DNA of 64,000 nt from a virus (IMGVR_UViG_3300013719_000006:12652-76651); one strand, 5' to 3'. Counted from the first letter of the stretch, positions 9,305-20,130 are shown. The notes: generated from the letters alone by a model not told the origin. Translations and numbers: made by a program.

Positions 9305-10460
9305 CCCAGACATCTAACCAGATGTGTTGATCATCAAGGTAGTCATGAAGGTTATAACGCGCCATGACTCCTCCCATCTGATGCCCGAGCAATTTCTCAA
9401 TCACATGTGGCGGCGCGCCGAGTTCAGAAAGGCGCGTTGCTACAGTTCTCCGCAGGTCATGTAGCGACCATTCCTTCATCCCAGTCTTCATGATTATTTG
9501 CTGTGAGAAGAAAGCAATATTTGGCTGGGCCGGTGGCTTATCGTCTTCGGGTGATTTGTAACGGGACCGAGTAATTACATGCTTCGTTATGGACTGCTTT
9601 TGGTGTTGCTGGAGCATTAGTACTGCCGGCTCTGGAAGCGCCCTTCTTATAGTTTTACCGGTTTTATATTCACTTGATGGGACGGTCCATGTCCTTTCCT
9701 TAAAGTTGAACCAATCCCATTTCGCCACCCTGATCTCATTACTACGGCAACCAGTCATCATCAGGAACCGCATGATGATTTGCTGGCGAACCGGCATTTC
9801 ATTCAGCGTGTTCCAGACAAGCCGGATTTCATCATCAGAAAGGACCCTGTCTTTCATTGCTGCAGCTATTGCTACATCCGATCGCCGCAGGTCAACCAGC
9901 GGGTTGACGTCTATCACGCCCCTGTTGTGACAGAAGCGAAATGCCCTTTGCATCAGGCTGAGAATCTGGCCGGTAACGACCCTCCTCCCCATGCCATCGA
10001 ACAGGCTGAGCCAGTGGCTTTTCGTCGTGTGATTCACGATCATCTGACCTAATACCGGCTTAACATGGTTCTGGAAGTTCTGTCGGTTTTTATGGATCTT
10101 AATAAGGCCCTCTGGTTTGCAGTAATGCTCCTCCCAGTAATCAAAAGCCTCTTCTACAGTCATGGCCTCGACTTTTTTTAACCGGTCCAGAGCTACCTGC
10201 CGGCGAGGATCTAACCCCTCAGTAATCCACAACCTAAATTGCTGCCGCCGGTCCCTTGCCTGCGACAGTGATATCGACGGATAATCCCCTATAGTTAGCT
10301 GGATGGGCTTACCCTCCCAGCGATACCGGTAAAAAAATGTCACGCCCCCTGAGATGGTCAGTCTGACATTGAGACCGTGTGAGTCAGAAATGATCTCTAT
10401 TTTGTCGCGGCGCTTTCCCAGCGCTTTTCTGAGTTTGGTATCTGTAAGCAATGTGTACAT
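9264..10460 (-). CDS. int: Tyrosine integrase
   Basis: Arm-binding N-terminus; TGCRSNE, HDLRRT, LLGH...Y catalytic motifs. Confidence 0.95.
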   Translation of the reverse strand: MYTLLTDTKLRKALGKRRDKIEIISDSHGLNVRLTISGGVTFFYRYRWEGKPIQLTIGDYPSISLSQARDRRQQFRLWITEGLDPRRQVALDRLKKVEAMTVEEAFDYWEEHYCKPEGLIKIHKNRQNFQNHVKPVLGQMIVNHTTKSHWLSLFDGMGRRVVTGQILSLMQRAFRFCHNRGVIDVNPLVDLRRSDVAIAAAMKDRVLSDDEIRLVWNTLNEMPVRQQIIMRFLMMTGCRSNEIRVAKWDWFNFKERTWTVPSSEYKTGKTIRRALPEPAVLMLQQHQKQSITKHVITRSRYKSPEDDKPPAQPNIAFFSQQIIMKTGMKEWSLHDLRRTVATRLSELGAPPHVIEKLLGHQMGGVMARYNLHDYLDDQHIWLDVWVRHLEKVIACRLA

Positions 10461-10479
10461 CCCCCTTGGCGTATACGCA

Positions 10480-10640
10480 AGAGTGTACACAAAGTGCATA
10501 AATTAAAGCTAATCAGATTAAACCATAGTAAAGCATCATAAAGCACAAATAAGAGATAACCACCTGATATGAATTGTTTTTTTAAATCGAAGTTGCACAA
10601 AGTAAACCACATTAAAGCGGATACATATGCCCTCCGATAA
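10480..10640. other. Prophage 1 attachment junction with residual sapB 3' end
   Basis: TATGCCCTCCGATAA (YALR*, the SapB C-terminus as I recall it from E. coli) at 10626-10640 overlaps the sapC start; repeated TAAAGC arm-like boxes; IHF-like TAACCACCTGATA at 10557-10569. Confidence 0.7.
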
Positions 10641-11517
10641 TATCTACGCCGAGAAACGCCTGCCGAGCGCCTTTCGTCAGAGCTGGCACCATTTTTATGG
10701 CGATACCCCGGCGATGGTTGGTCTGTACGGCTTCGGCGCGTTGCTGCTGCTGTGCATTTTTGGCGGGCTGATGGCGCCTTACGGCATTGATCAGCAGTTC
10801 CTCGGCTATCAGCTGCTGCCGCCGTCGTGGTCTCGCTATGGCGATGTTTCTTTCTTCCTCGGCACCGACGATTTGGGCCGCGATGTGCTGAGCCGCCTGT
10901 TGAGCGGTGCTGGCCCGACGGTCGGTTCGGCGATCCTGGTGACGCTGTTTGCCACATTCTGGGCGCTGGTACTGGGTATTCTGGCCGGCATGACCCACGG
11001 CGTGCGATCGGCGGTGATGAACCACGTGCTGGATACGCTGCTCTCGATTCCGTCACTGCTGCTGGCAATCATCGTGGTGGCGTTTCTCGGGCCACGGCTG
11101 GAACACGCGCTGCTGGCGGTCTGGCTGGCACTGATGCCGCGGCTGGTGCGCGAAATTTACAGCGCGGTGCATGATGAGCTGGAAAAAGAGTATGTAGTCG
11201 CGGCGCGGCTGGACGGTGCCAGCAGCCGCAATATCCTGCGCTACGCCATCCTGCCCAACGTTCTGCCATTATTAATCAGTGAGATTACCCGCGCTCTGTC
11301 AATGGCGATTCTGGACATTGCCGCGCTGGGCTTTCTCGACCTGGGCGCACAGCTGCCCTCGCCGGAATGGGGTGCAATGCTGGGTGATTCGCTTGAACTT
11401 ATCTATGTCGCGCCGTGGACGGTAATGCTGCCTGGCGTGGCGCTGATGGTCAGCGTATTAATTGTTAACCTGCTCGGTGACGGCCTCCGTCGCGCCGTCG
11501 AAGCGGGAGTGGAATAG
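10627..11517 (+). CDS. sapC: Peptide ABC transporter permease SapC
   Basis: [31 protein letters not shown]; EAA loop. Confidence 0.97.
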   Translation: MPSDNIYAEKRLPSAFRQSWHHFYGDTPAMVGLYGFGALLLLCIFGGLMAPYGIDQQFLGYQLLPPSWSRYGDVSFFLGTDDLGRDVLSRLLSGAGPTVGSAILVTLFATFWALVLGILAGMTHGVRSAVMNHVLDTLLSIPSLLLAIIVVAFLGPRLEHALLAVWLALMPRLVREIYSAVHDELEKEYVVAARLDGASSRNILRYAILPNVLPLLISEITRALSMAILDIAALGFLDLGAQLPSPEWGAMLGDSLELIYVAPWTVMLPGVALMVSVLIVNLLGDGLRRAVEAGVE

Positions 11518-12513
11518 ATGCCGTTACTTGATATTCGTAATCTCACCATTGAATTTATGACTGCCGACGGGCCGGTCAAAGCGGTCGATCGCGTTAATCT
11601 GACCCTGAGCGAAGGTGAAGTTCGCGGCCTGGTGGGTGAGTCAGGTTCAGGCAAAAGCCTGGTGGCAAAAGCGATTTGCGGCGTGACCAAAGATAACTGG
11701 CGCGTGACCGCCGACCGGATGGTTTTTGATGATGTCGATCTGCTGCGCCTGTCACCACGCGAGCGCCGCCGCATTATCGGCCATAACGTCTCGATGATTT
11801 TTCAGGAGCCGCAGTCCTGTCTCGATCCGTCAGAAAGTATTGGCCGTCAGCTGATGCAGGCGATCCCGCGCTGGACCTATAAAGGCCCGTGGCTGAAGCG
11901 CTTCTGGTTCTGGCGCAAAACCCGTGCCATTGAACTGCTGCATCGCGTCGGCATCAAAGATCACAAAGATATCATGCGCAGCTTTCCTTATGAGCTGACT
12001 GAAGGTGAATGCCAGAAAGTGATGATCGCCATCGCGCTGGCGAATCAGCCGCGCCTGCTGATTGCCGATGAGCCGACCAACGCCATGGAACCTACCACTC
12101 AGGCGCAGATTTTCCGTCTGCTGAGTCGTCTCAATCAGAATAACAACACCACGATTCTGCTGATCAGTCACGACCTGCGTACCATGAGCCAATGGGCCAA
12201 TCGGATTAACGTGATGTACTGCGGACAGACGGTAGAGACCGCCCAGAGTGACGATCTGATGAGCACGCCGCATCACCCTTATACTCAGGCGCTGATCCGC
12301 GCCATGCCCGATTTTGGCCGCGCTCTGCCGCATAAAAGCCGGCTGAACACGCTGTCAGGCGCGATCCCGTCGCTGGAGAGTTTGCCGATCGGCTGCCGGC
12401 TGGGACCACGCTGTCCCTATGCGCAGCGCAAATGCGTCGAAACGCCACGGCTGGCGGGCGGCAAGTCGCACCTGTATGCCTGCCATTTCCCGCTGAACAT
12501 GGAGAGCCAGTAA
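11518..12513 (+). CDS. sapD: Peptide ABC transporter ATPase SapD
   Basis: GESGSGKS Walker A; Cys-rich C-terminus. Confidence 0.97.
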   Translation: MPLLDIRNLTIEFMTADGPVKAVDRVNLTLSEGEVRGLVGESGSGKSLVAKAICGVTKDNWRVTADRMVFDDVDLLRLSPRERRRIIGHNVSMIFQEPQSCLDPSESIGRQLMQAIPRWTYKGPWLKRFWFWRKTRAIELLHRVGIKDHKDIMRSFPYELTEGECQKVMIAIALANQPRLLIADEPTNAMEPTTQAQIFRLLSRLNQNNNTTILLISHDLRTMSQWANRINVMYCGQTVETAQSDDLMSTPHHPYTQALIRAMPDFGRALPHKSRLNTLSGAIPSLESLPIGCRLGPRCPYAQRKCVETPRLAGGKSHLYACHFPLNMESQ

Positions 12514-12514
12514 G

Positions 12515-13318
12515 ATGGAAACCCTGCTGGAAGTGCGCAACCTGAGTAAAACCTTCCGCTATCGCACCGGACTGTTTCGTCGTCAGCACGTTGAAGCGGT
12601 GAAATCGGTCAGCTTTACCCTGCGCGAACGGCAAACGCTGGCGATAATCGGCGAAAACGGCTCCGGCAAGTCGACGCTGGCAAAAATGCTCAGCGGCATG
12701 GTCGCGCCGACCGAAGGTGAGATCCTGATTGACGATCATCCGCTTAGCTTTGGCGATTACGGCTATCGCAGTCAGCGCATCCGGATGATTTTTCAGGACC
12801 CTTCGACCTCGCTTAATCCGCGTCAGCGGGTCAGTCAGATCCTCGATTTTCCGCTGCGGCTCAATACCGATCTGACGGCAGAGGCGCGCGAAAAACGCAT
12901 TATCGCCACGCTGCGTCAGGTCGGGCTGTTACGCGATCACGCTGGCTATTATCCGCATATGCTGGCCCCCGGTCAGAAACAGCGCCTCGGTCTGGCGCGT
13001 GCGCTGATCCTGCAACCGAAAGTGATTGTGGCAGATGAGGCGCTGGCCTCGCTCGACATGACCATGCGCTCCCAGCTGGTTAATCTGATGCTCGAGCTGC
13101 AGGAGAAACACGGCATCGCCTACATTTATGTTACCCAGCATCTTGGCATGATGAAGCACATCAGCGATCAGGTGCTGGTGATGCATCAGGGTGAAGTGGT
13201 GGAGCGTGGTGGCACCGCCGATGTGCTGGCCTCCCCGCTGCATGATCTGACCCGACGGCTGATCAGCAGCCACTTTGGTGAGGCGTTAACCGCCGAAGCC
13301 TGGCGGCGTGAGCACTGA
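12515..13318 (+). CDS. sapF: Peptide ABC transporter ATPase SapF
   Basis: GENGSGKS Walker A; synteny. Confidence 0.97.
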   Translation: METLLEVRNLSKTFRYRTGLFRRQHVEAVKSVSFTLRERQTLAIIGENGSGKSTLAKMLSGMVAPTEGEILIDDHPLSFGDYGYRSQRIRMIFQDPSTSLNPRQRVSQILDFPLRLNTDLTAEAREKRIIATLRQVGLLRDHAGYYPHMLAPGQKQRLGLARALILQPKVIVADEALASLDMTMRSQLVNLMLELQEKHGIAYIYVTQHLGMMKHISDQVLVMHQGEVVERGGTADVLASPLHDLTRRLISSHFGEALTAEAWRREH

Positions 13319-13460
13319 TTATTGCTGCATATCCCGGAAATTGCGGGCTGATTTACCTGATCTCTGACAGACGTGCTAGAATCCGCACGTCGATTAACGT
13401 CGGTCGCCTACTTTTTAAACAATGCGGCCGCCAACTACAATGACCATAAGGATTACAGCT

Positions 13461-14249
13461 ATGGGTTTTCTTTCCGGTAAGCGCATTCTGATTACTGGCG
13501 TTGCCAGTAAACTTTCCATCGCCTACGGTATTGCACAGGCGATGCACAAACAGGGCGCAGAACTGGCTTTCACCTACCAGAACGACAAATTAAAAGGTCG
13601 TGTGGAAGAGTTTGCTAAAGATTTGGGTTCAGAGATCGTTCTGCCATGTGACGTGGCCGAAGATGAGAGCATCAAATCCCTGTTCACTGAACTGGCAAAA
13701 ACCTGGCCGAAATTTGACGGTTTCGTTCACTCCATCGGTTTCGCCCCTGGCGACCAGCTGGATGGTGATTACGTGAATGCCGTAACCCGCGAAGGCTTCA
13801 AAATCGCGCATGACATCAGTGCCTACAGCTTCGTTGCGATGGCCAAAGAGTGCCGTGCGATGCTGAATCCACACTCTGCGCTGCTGACCCTCTCTTACCT
13901 GGGTGCTGAGCGCGCGATCCCGAACTATAACGTGATGGGTCTGGCGAAAGCATCGCTGGAAGCTAACGTGCGTTATATGGCCAATGCGATGGGTCCGGAA
14001 GGCGTCCGTGTGAACGCCGTTTCTGCCGGTCCAATCCGTACGCTGGCGGCATCAGGCATTAAAGACTTCCGTAAGATGCTGGCACACTGCGAAGCGGTTA
14101 CCCCGATTCGTCGTACCGTGACCATTGAAGATGTCGGCAACTCAGCCGCCTTCCTTTGCTCCGATCTGGCGGGCGGCATCACCGGTGAAATCGTTCACGT
14201 TGATGGCGGCTTCAGCATCGCCGCAATGAATGAACTGGAACTGAAATAA
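13461..14249 (+). CDS. fabI: Enoyl-ACP reductase FabI
   Basis: [23 protein letters not shown]; YNVMGLAKA. Confidence 0.99.
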   Translation: MGFLSGKRILITGVASKLSIAYGIAQAMHKQGAELAFTYQNDKLKGRVEEFAKDLGSEIVLPCDVAEDESIKSLFTELAKTWPKFDGFVHSIGFAPGDQLDGDYVNAVTREGFKIAHDISAYSFVAMAKECRAMLNPHSALLTLSYLGAERAIPNYNVMGLAKASLEANVRYMANAMGPEGVRVNAVSAGPIRTLAASGIKDFRKMLAHCEAVTPIRRTVTIEDVGNSAAFLCSDLAGGITGEIVHVDGGFSIAAMNELELK

Positions 14250-14466
14250 GTTCTCAAGGGCGAGTCTGACTCGCCCTCTTCTTTGCTGCCTCTCGCCCCT
14301 TCCTGCCTGATTTTCCTGTCGTTATACCGTAACGCTATTAATTATCACCGATCATTCTTTTGCCCAGGCCTGGCCTTCGGCGACGATACGTCTGCCCTTC
14401 GGTTTATGCATTTTTTCAGATTCTGCCGCCTGCATGCCGAACCAGAATTTTGCAAAAGGATTGATC

Positions 14467-15579
14467 ATGGAACAACGCCGCTATCCGGGCCATAACCACT
14501 GGTTTTACGAGAGCCAGACCAGTCCACGTACTTCGCAGGCCGCTCCGCTGGTCCCTGAAGCCGCCGATATCGATGACCGTTTTCTGCTGGGATGTGTCAG
14601 CGATCAGCTGACGCTGCCGTCACTGTTACGTGCTAATCAGCCCGCCTTGCTGGCGGCGCGCGATCTGGCGCAGCTGCTGTTCCCTGACCGCGTCGTGACG
14701 TCGCTGACCCACACGCTGACCCTTTACGATCGCCTGAGTACCGCCCTGACCGTCGCGCAAGTGGCAGGCGTTCAGCGCCTGTGTAATCACTATTCGGCGC
14801 GCCTCAATCCCCTGCCGGGGCCAGATTCGTCTCGGGAAAGTAATAACCGTCTGACTCAGATTACCCAGTATGCCCGTCAGCTGGCGATGCAGCCTGAGCT
14901 GATTACCGCCAGTGCGATTACCGCGCTTGATGCGGTGGGGCTGACCGAGCCGGACATCGTGACGCTCAATCAGCTGATCGGCTTTGTCAGCTATCAGGCG
15001 CGGGTAGTCGCCGGACTGCAGGCGCTGCAGGCCCAGCCGGTACGCTGGCTGCCCGGCACCACGCCGCCGCCGGATGCGGATGCGGCGGGCTTTGGCAAAC
15101 CAACCGTCTGGCGTCCGGCGCTGAAACCGCTGGAGTTGCGCTACGCCAGTGCCGAACAGCTGGCAGCGGTGACCCGCAGTCAGGCGCTGGCCGGCATGCA
15201 GGATGCGGTGTGGTTGCTGGCGCATGATGCCCCGGTATTGTATGGCTGGGTAATGCTGCGTCAGCAGCTGTCTGCTGGTCAGCCGCTGGCCGAAGCGACC
15301 GCTGCGCGTATCCTCGGCAGTCGCTGGGCTTTCCAGCAACTGTCAGGCGTCGACGCGTTAATAGCGGGCGTGGATGAGGCGGAAGCGCCTGAGATTCAGC
15401 GGCAAATTATCGCCCTGGCTGCCCAGCTGACTCGTGCGCCGGAGCGGTTCAGCGCCGCGCATCTGCAACCGCTGGCGGAGGCTGGCTGGTCAGCCGATGC
15501 CCTGTTTGATCTGATTCAGTCGGTGGCGATCGGTAACTGGAACAGCCGTCTCTGTTATGCGCTGGGCGAGGCGCAGTAA
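14467..15579 (+). CDS. yciW: CMD/AhpD-like protein YciW
   Basis: Follows fabI; DIVTLNQLIGFVSYQARV motif. Confidence 0.8.
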   Translation: MEQRRYPGHNHWFYESQTSPRTSQAAPLVPEAADIDDRFLLGCVSDQLTLPSLLRANQPALLAARDLAQLLFPDRVVTSLTHTLTLYDRLSTALTVAQVAGVQRLCNHYSARLNPLPGPDSSRESNNRLTQITQYARQLAMQPELITASAITALDAVGLTEPDIVTLNQLIGFVSYQARVVAGLQALQAQPVRWLPGTTPPPDADAAGFGKPTVWRPALKPLELRYASAEQLAAVTRSQALAGMQDAVWLLAHDAPVLYGWVMLRQQLSAGQPLAEATAARILGSRWAFQQLSGVDALIAGVDEAEAPEIQRQIIALAAQLTRAPERFSAAHLQPLAEAGWSADALFDLIQSVAIGNWNSRLCYALGEAQ

Positions 15580-15584
15580 GCGAC

Positions 15585-16487
15585 TTAAACCGGTAACTGG
15601 CCGCGCGCTTCGTCGAAAAAATGCTGCGCCAGAGGGGTTGCGCGTCCCGGTTCGGCAATCACCAGCGCCGCTTCGCGCGCCATCGGCGGCAGCGTAATCG
15701 GCCGCTGCTGTAATCCCTGCAGGGAAGCAGGCAGCAAATGGCCGACCGGTGAAACCAGCAATCCCAGCCCAACCTGCGCGCACTGCATCAGCTGCATCAC
15801 CGAGGCACTTTCGACAATCACCCGCGGTACCAGCGACGCTTCGCGAAACGCCATGTCGAGATAGCGGCGAAAGTAACGCGTCTGTTCGGCCAGACAGAGC
15901 GGCTGCTGCGCCAGTTCACTGAGCGTGAGCGGCTCACCAGAGATCAGATCGGGAAAATGATCGGGATGGAAGATCGCCTCAACCCCACGATCGGCCAGCA
16001 TTGCCGTCTGAAAATGGAGTTCGCGCAGCGTAGCCATCTCAAAAAAGCCAATGCCTACATCCACGGTGTGGCTGTTAAGCGCTTCCAGCAGCTGGTCGGC
16101 GCTCAGCACCGCGATCCGGTAATCAAGCTGCGGATAACGCGCCTGCACCGCCTTTAGCAACAGCGGCAACGCCACGCTGCACTGTGGCACCACCCCGACT
16201 CGCAGGGTGCCATTGACCCCATGTTTCAGCGACTCCACTTCCAGCTTTAGTCCCTGGTAAACCGAGACGATTTCCCGCGCCCAGGCCAGTACCCGATCGC
16301 CTTCCGGCGTAAAACCGGCAAAGTTATTGCTGCGATTAATCAGCGACAGGCCCAGTTCACGCTCCAGATTTTTCAGGCGCATCGAAAGGGTCGGCTGGGT
16401 GACAAAACTGGCTTCGGCGGCCCGGCCAAAATGGCGTTCGCGTTCGAGATTACACAGGTAAATTAATTGTTTGATGTCGATATTCTT
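15585..16487 (-). pseudogene. LysR-family regulator whose in-frame start is missing at the prophage 2 junction
   Basis: Frame reads KNIDIKQLIYLCNLERERHFGRAAEASFVTQPTLS (LysR HTH) but has an in-frame TAA at 16488-16490; nearest ATG (16494) is out of frame. Confidence 0.75.
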
Positions 16488-16491
16488 TTAC

Positions 16492-16554
16492 CATCAATGA
16501 CTTAGTTGGCTTCATTTTGCATCAATCTATTTTTATGTACTAGTTGCTGTACTA
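16492..16554. promoter_or_regulatory. Prophage 2 att arm: integrase arm-type repeats and IHF-like site
   Basis: TGTACTA direct repeats at 16536 and 16548; CATCAATGACTTA at 16492. Confidence 0.55.
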
Positions 16555-16644
16555 AATAAAATTTCGCTATGTTTTTTATCGCCGGGATTGGGAACATCTT
16601 ATGCCTAATATAGCCACGCTTCAAACAGCTGGAAACATGCTCCA

Positions 16645-16968
16645 TCAGATAGTCGGCCGGTAGGGCTCATACACAGCCAGCACTTCGGCCGTCACCTTTC
16701 CGAGAACCACTACCCCATCAAGCCCCTGACCGTCGATCGTCTCGCCATCCTGCGTGATGATGCCGCTGGGGAACAGTTTCCCAATCTGCGGGTAATCCTC
16801 AAGCTGATATGCCACGGTGTCGCCAGGTCTGGGCGGGATGGAACGGTCAACCAGCACAAATCCCTCCGGCGTTTCAATGCGCATCATGTTGGCCGGGTTA
16901 GGCATCAGAATATCGTTCAGGTTAAGCCGGTGCTCAATATGGTCCTGCGCAGGAGAAGGAAAGCCCAT
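16645..16968 (-). CDS. Short UmuD/HumD-like (S24-related) protein
   Basis: MGFPSPAQDHIEHRLNLNDILM...FVLVDRS..PRPGD. Confidence 0.7.
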   Translation of the reverse strand: MGFPSPAQDHIEHRLNLNDILMPNPANMMRIETPEGFVLVDRSIPPRPGDTVAYQLEDYPQIGKLFPSGIITQDGETIDGQGLDGVVVLGKVTAEVLAVYEPYRPTI

Positions 16969-16969
16969 G

Positions 16970-17209
16970 TCAGATTCCCCCGTTCGGGTTGAACTGCTTG
17001 TACGTCTTAGCTTCACCCTCCTGAGTAGAGATATCCCGGAACGTCGCTGTGTTCGACTTTATCCACTGATTGGCCTCGCGAAGGCTGAAGTGCCAGTTAA
17101 GCAGCTCCAGCTGACGCACAAAATCCTGAGTGGTGACAGTCACCCCTCCACCCGGGTTGCGCCTTATGGCGTTTACAAATGCATCGTTAATCTCGTAGTC
17201 GCGCGGCAT
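16970..17209 (-). CDS. Small SOS-regulated phage protein (79 aa)
   Basis: MPRDYEINDAF...; GGGGG RBS; directly downstream of a LexA box. Confidence 0.6.
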   Translation of the reverse strand: MPRDYEINDAFVNAIRRNPGGGVTVTTQDFVRQLELLNWHFSLREANQWIKSNTATFRDISTQEGEAKTYKQFNPNGGI

Positions 17210-17232
17210 GACAAATCCCCCCTTGATAAACA

Positions 17233-17248
17233 CTGTATGGATAAACAG
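17233..17248. promoter_or_regulatory. LexA (SOS) box
   Basis: CTGTATGGATAAACAG = CTG-N10-CAG. Confidence 0.85.
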
Positions 17249-17529
17249 TAATATCGATCGGTGGTTTTGATCAAGGCGGAGCGGCTCACAAATTTGTAAA
17301 GGTGCGGTTGTGAAAGGAATTTTAGTTGGGCAGCAGCGGTAAGGAGTGGCTAATCTCAAATGACACCCCGCAGCCTGCTGAGACTGGCGCGGTCCGTTCT
17401 GCCCCGTCGCCGGGGCTTTTTTCTGCTTTCGGTGCCTCATTGCTTCTCTTACAGCGAAGAGAGGTACTCATAGTAACTATTTTTGGATAATATGTGCCAG
17501 CCAAAATCAGGTCATGCTAAGGAATTAAA

Positions 17530-18609
17530 TTGAAGAATATTTTTGGGGAGAGAATCTACACGCTTGACGCACTACGTGGTATAGCATCACTTTCAGTAGT
17601 ATTTTGGCACTGGAGGCATTTCTTCCATCTTGATAATGGAACATTCACCCTTTCCATGGAAAATCAGCCTTTTTACCAGGCATTTTCTATTCTTTATGGC
17701 TATGGCTTGCATGCGGTAGAGCTCTTCTTCGTCATATCCGGCTTTGTTTTTTTTCATCTTTATTATTCAAAGATTCAATCCAGAGCTGTAACTGCTAAAG
17801 AGTTTTTTGTAAAAAGGATAACCAGACTTTATCCACTTTTTATTTTAAGCTCTATCTTGGTAGGACTGCTTCAGTTCTTTTTCAAGCAAAATCACAATAG
17901 CTTCTTTGTATATCAACAAAATGATTTATATCATGCATTTTTAAACATTTTAATGATCCAGGCTTGGGGGTTCCAGCACGGATGGTCGTTTAACGCACCT
18001 AGCTGGTCAATCTCAATTGAGGTTCTTCTATACACCATTTTCTTCACTATCAGCTTAATATCAAAAAGACCATTAACAGTATCAATCTTTATTATAGTTT
18101 CATCCTACTATTTTTCTGATGTAAACCCCATGATAGCTAGCGGTATGTTTTGTTTTTACACTGGCGTTGTTGCTTATATTGCATGCGCCGCATTAATATC
18201 GCAGAGGGGAGCTTTGTTTTCTTTGGCGCTTTTTGCAATCTTATGCATCGCTTCCTGGAGCGTCATTTTTTCGTTTTACGTGAAAAACATTTACCTGATA
18301 GTTTCTATGGGATTCTTGCCACTAGTCTGCGCCTTAGCGTCTTTAAGCGCATACGCCCACGACTCAGGCAAAAGCCTTGAATGGCTGGGCAACATAAGCT
18401 TCTCCTCTTATCTGTTGCACTTCCCTTTGCAGATAGCTTTTGCGACATGCTGTGATTTAATGAATAAATCAAGAGACATATTCTATAGCCCATATATTTT
18501 TATCGCTTTCTGGTTGGTGCTTATTCCGATCAGCCTTGCTTCATTTTATTTTTTTGAAAAGCCCTCTCAGGAATATCTAAGGAAGGCGTTTGGAAAAGCT
18601 GGAAATTAA
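17530..18609 (+). CDS. Acyltransferase-3 (OafA-like) membrane O-acyltransferase, moron
   Basis: DALRGIAS..V.F.H, LFFVISGF, RITRLYP, WSISIE, GNISFSSYLLHFP, FEKP; AT-rich; opposite strand to tail genes. Confidence 0.88.
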   Translation: MKNIFGERIYTLDALRGIASLSVVFWHWRHFFHLDNGTFTLSMENQPFYQAFSILYGYGLHAVELFFVISGFVFFHLYYSKIQSRAVTAKEFFVKRITRLYPLFILSSILVGLLQFFFKQNHNSFFVYQQNDLYHAFLNILMIQAWGFQHGWSFNAPSWSISIEVLLYTIFFTISLISKRPLTVSIFIIVSSYYFSDVNPMIASGMFCFYTGVVAYIACAALISQRGALFSLALFAILCIASWSVIFSFYVKNIYLIVSMGFLPLVCALASLSAYAHDSGKSLEWLGNISFSSYLLHFPLQIAFATCCDLMNKSRDIFYSPYIFIAFWLVLIPISLASFYFFEKPSQEYLRKAFGKAGN

Positions 18610-18618
18610 TGGAGTAGA

Positions 18619-19032
18619 TTATGGCTTTGCGGGCCACTTGATATCAGGTGCATTTGATGTATCTATAGCATCAAGTGCATCGGTATAATCAATCCATGCA
18701 TTTAGCTTTTCGGCTTCAGATGTAGTTAATTTACGACCGGCCATAATTTTAAGGCTAAGGGGGTATGTCGCTGAGTTTGCTTCATCGCGTAACTCTTTCA
18801 ACGTGGCTTCGGCATTAAGTTGATTCTCTTGCATTGACGGACCGCCTTCTTCTATCCACTCACCACCAGACCACTCCCCTGTACTTGTATCTTTGACTGC
18901 GTTTTTGTATACAGCCTTATAAAAGCCATTACCTACAAGATCGGCTGTCCAGTTTTCTGGCCTGCTTTCATCTTCCGTGATGTAGTCAGATATGAAAACG
19001 CCTTTTTTATCGAGTTTATTAAGCTTTAACAT
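18619..19032 (-). CDS. Tail fibre assembly protein
   Basis: C-terminal LNAWIDYTDALDAIDTSNAPDIKWPAKP. Confidence 0.85.
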   Translation of the reverse strand: MLKLNKLDKKGVFISDYITEDESRPENWTADLVGNGFYKAVYKNAVKDTSTGEWSGGEWIEEGGPSMQENQLNAEATLKELRDEANSATYPLSLKIMAGRKLTTSEAEKLNAWIDYTDALDAIDTSNAPDIKWPAKP

Positions 19033-19049
19033 ATGGTTTTCTCTTTCTG

Positions 19050-19964
19050 CTATAACTGAAGTGGATATTCGACATAGATACGCATGTTCCTTTGGCTGCC
19101 CGAATAACCCTGGCATACAACATTACCATTCGGGTTTATTTCTAAACGAGCCGCGGTTGTAAGATCAGATAATGCAGATGGAACGGAAATAACATTGTTA
19201 GGTGCATAAGAAGCTGGAATAGTGAATATGACTATTCCGTCATTTTTAGCTCCATTTGCGGTTACGTTAACGGACATCTGAACCTGTCCTGACACTTTGC
19301 GATATCCCGTTCTTACAACGCTGGGTATCGCAATGCTCCAGCCATTACCTGTTGTGGGGACGATCCATGGAACATCCAGATCCCCGGGGCTAAATGCGTC
19401 TGGTTTAATACCCAAAGAAGATTGAGCTTCAGATAACGTTTTTCCTCCCGTGCCTCCAAGGCTTATAGGCAACTTACCGTCCACAAAGCCAAGGTTTGTT
19501 CGAGCAGCGGCCTTATCTGTCAGGTCATTCAGGTTTTTACTCTTATCCAATTTTCCGGAAACGGTGGTTGCAATGCCATTCCATGCGGGCCCGGTCCATG
19601 ATGTCCCATCCGGAAGGGTGACCGTTACATTTCCGGTTCCGTTGAATATTTGCTGCCAGTTAGCCTTGTCGAGATTGAGCCCGCGAATAGCCCTGGCAAC
19701 ATCAGCTGCTACCTGAGCAGTAATCCCAACCAGCGCCGCATTAGGAATCGCAGTCCATGCCAGCCCAGACGTTGTCGGGCCGTTATATGCCGTAGTCAGT
19801 GTCACGCTTGTGGCTGAGTTAACTGACTGCACGCCAAGTGTGTAAGTCACGCCGCCCACAATGGCTACCAGGAAATCGTTAGCCTTCAGCTCAGAGGAAA
19901 AATTAGTGCCTGAGCCGGTAACTGCGGTTGAGTTGTTAGTTAGTGCAATAGTGCCTGCTGGCAT
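19050..19964 (-). CDS. Tail fibre protein
   Basis: GTIALTNNSTAVTGSGTNF N-terminus; LDKSKNLNDLTDKAAARTNLG repeat motif. Confidence 0.85.
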   Translation of the reverse strand: MPAGTIALTNNSTAVTGSGTNFSSELKANDFLVAIVGGVTYTLGVQSVNSATSVTLTTAYNGPTTSGLAWTAIPNAALVGITAQVAADVARAIRGLNLDKANWQQIFNGTGNVTVTLPDGTSWTGPAWNGIATTVSGKLDKSKNLNDLTDKAAARTNLGFVDGKLPISLGGTGGKTLSEAQSSLGIKPDAFSPGDLDVPWIVPTTGNGWSIAIPSVVRTGYRKVSGQVQMSVNVTANGAKNDGIVIFTIPASYAPNNVISVPSALSDLTTAARLEINPNGNVVCQGYSGSQRNMRIYVEYPLQL

Positions 19965-20130
19965 AGATTTCTCCGGGAAATAAAAACCCGGCGCGGTGGC
20001 CAGGTGTTATTTGGAATGGTTTCCAGTTTTTTCAATTAAGCAAAATAAAGCCAAGCTTCTTTTCAATTCACTTAATCACACAATCAGTGCATGATCTAAA
20101 ATCTGCACATAATCAAAAAAGGATATTTAA

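Larger units (their letters stand above)
1..10625. mobile_element. Prophage 1 (lambdoid, partial: replication, cI/cro, early-left genes, xis, int)
   Basis: Contiguous phage gene set ending in a tyrosine integrase next to sapC; junction with host DNA at ~10626. Confidence 0.93.

Noticed and set aside
10397-16157. Many long alternative-frame and antisense ORFs over sapCDF, fabI, yciW and LysR
   Set aside because: Shadow ORFs of GC-rich coding DNA, with no RBS or recognisable motifs.
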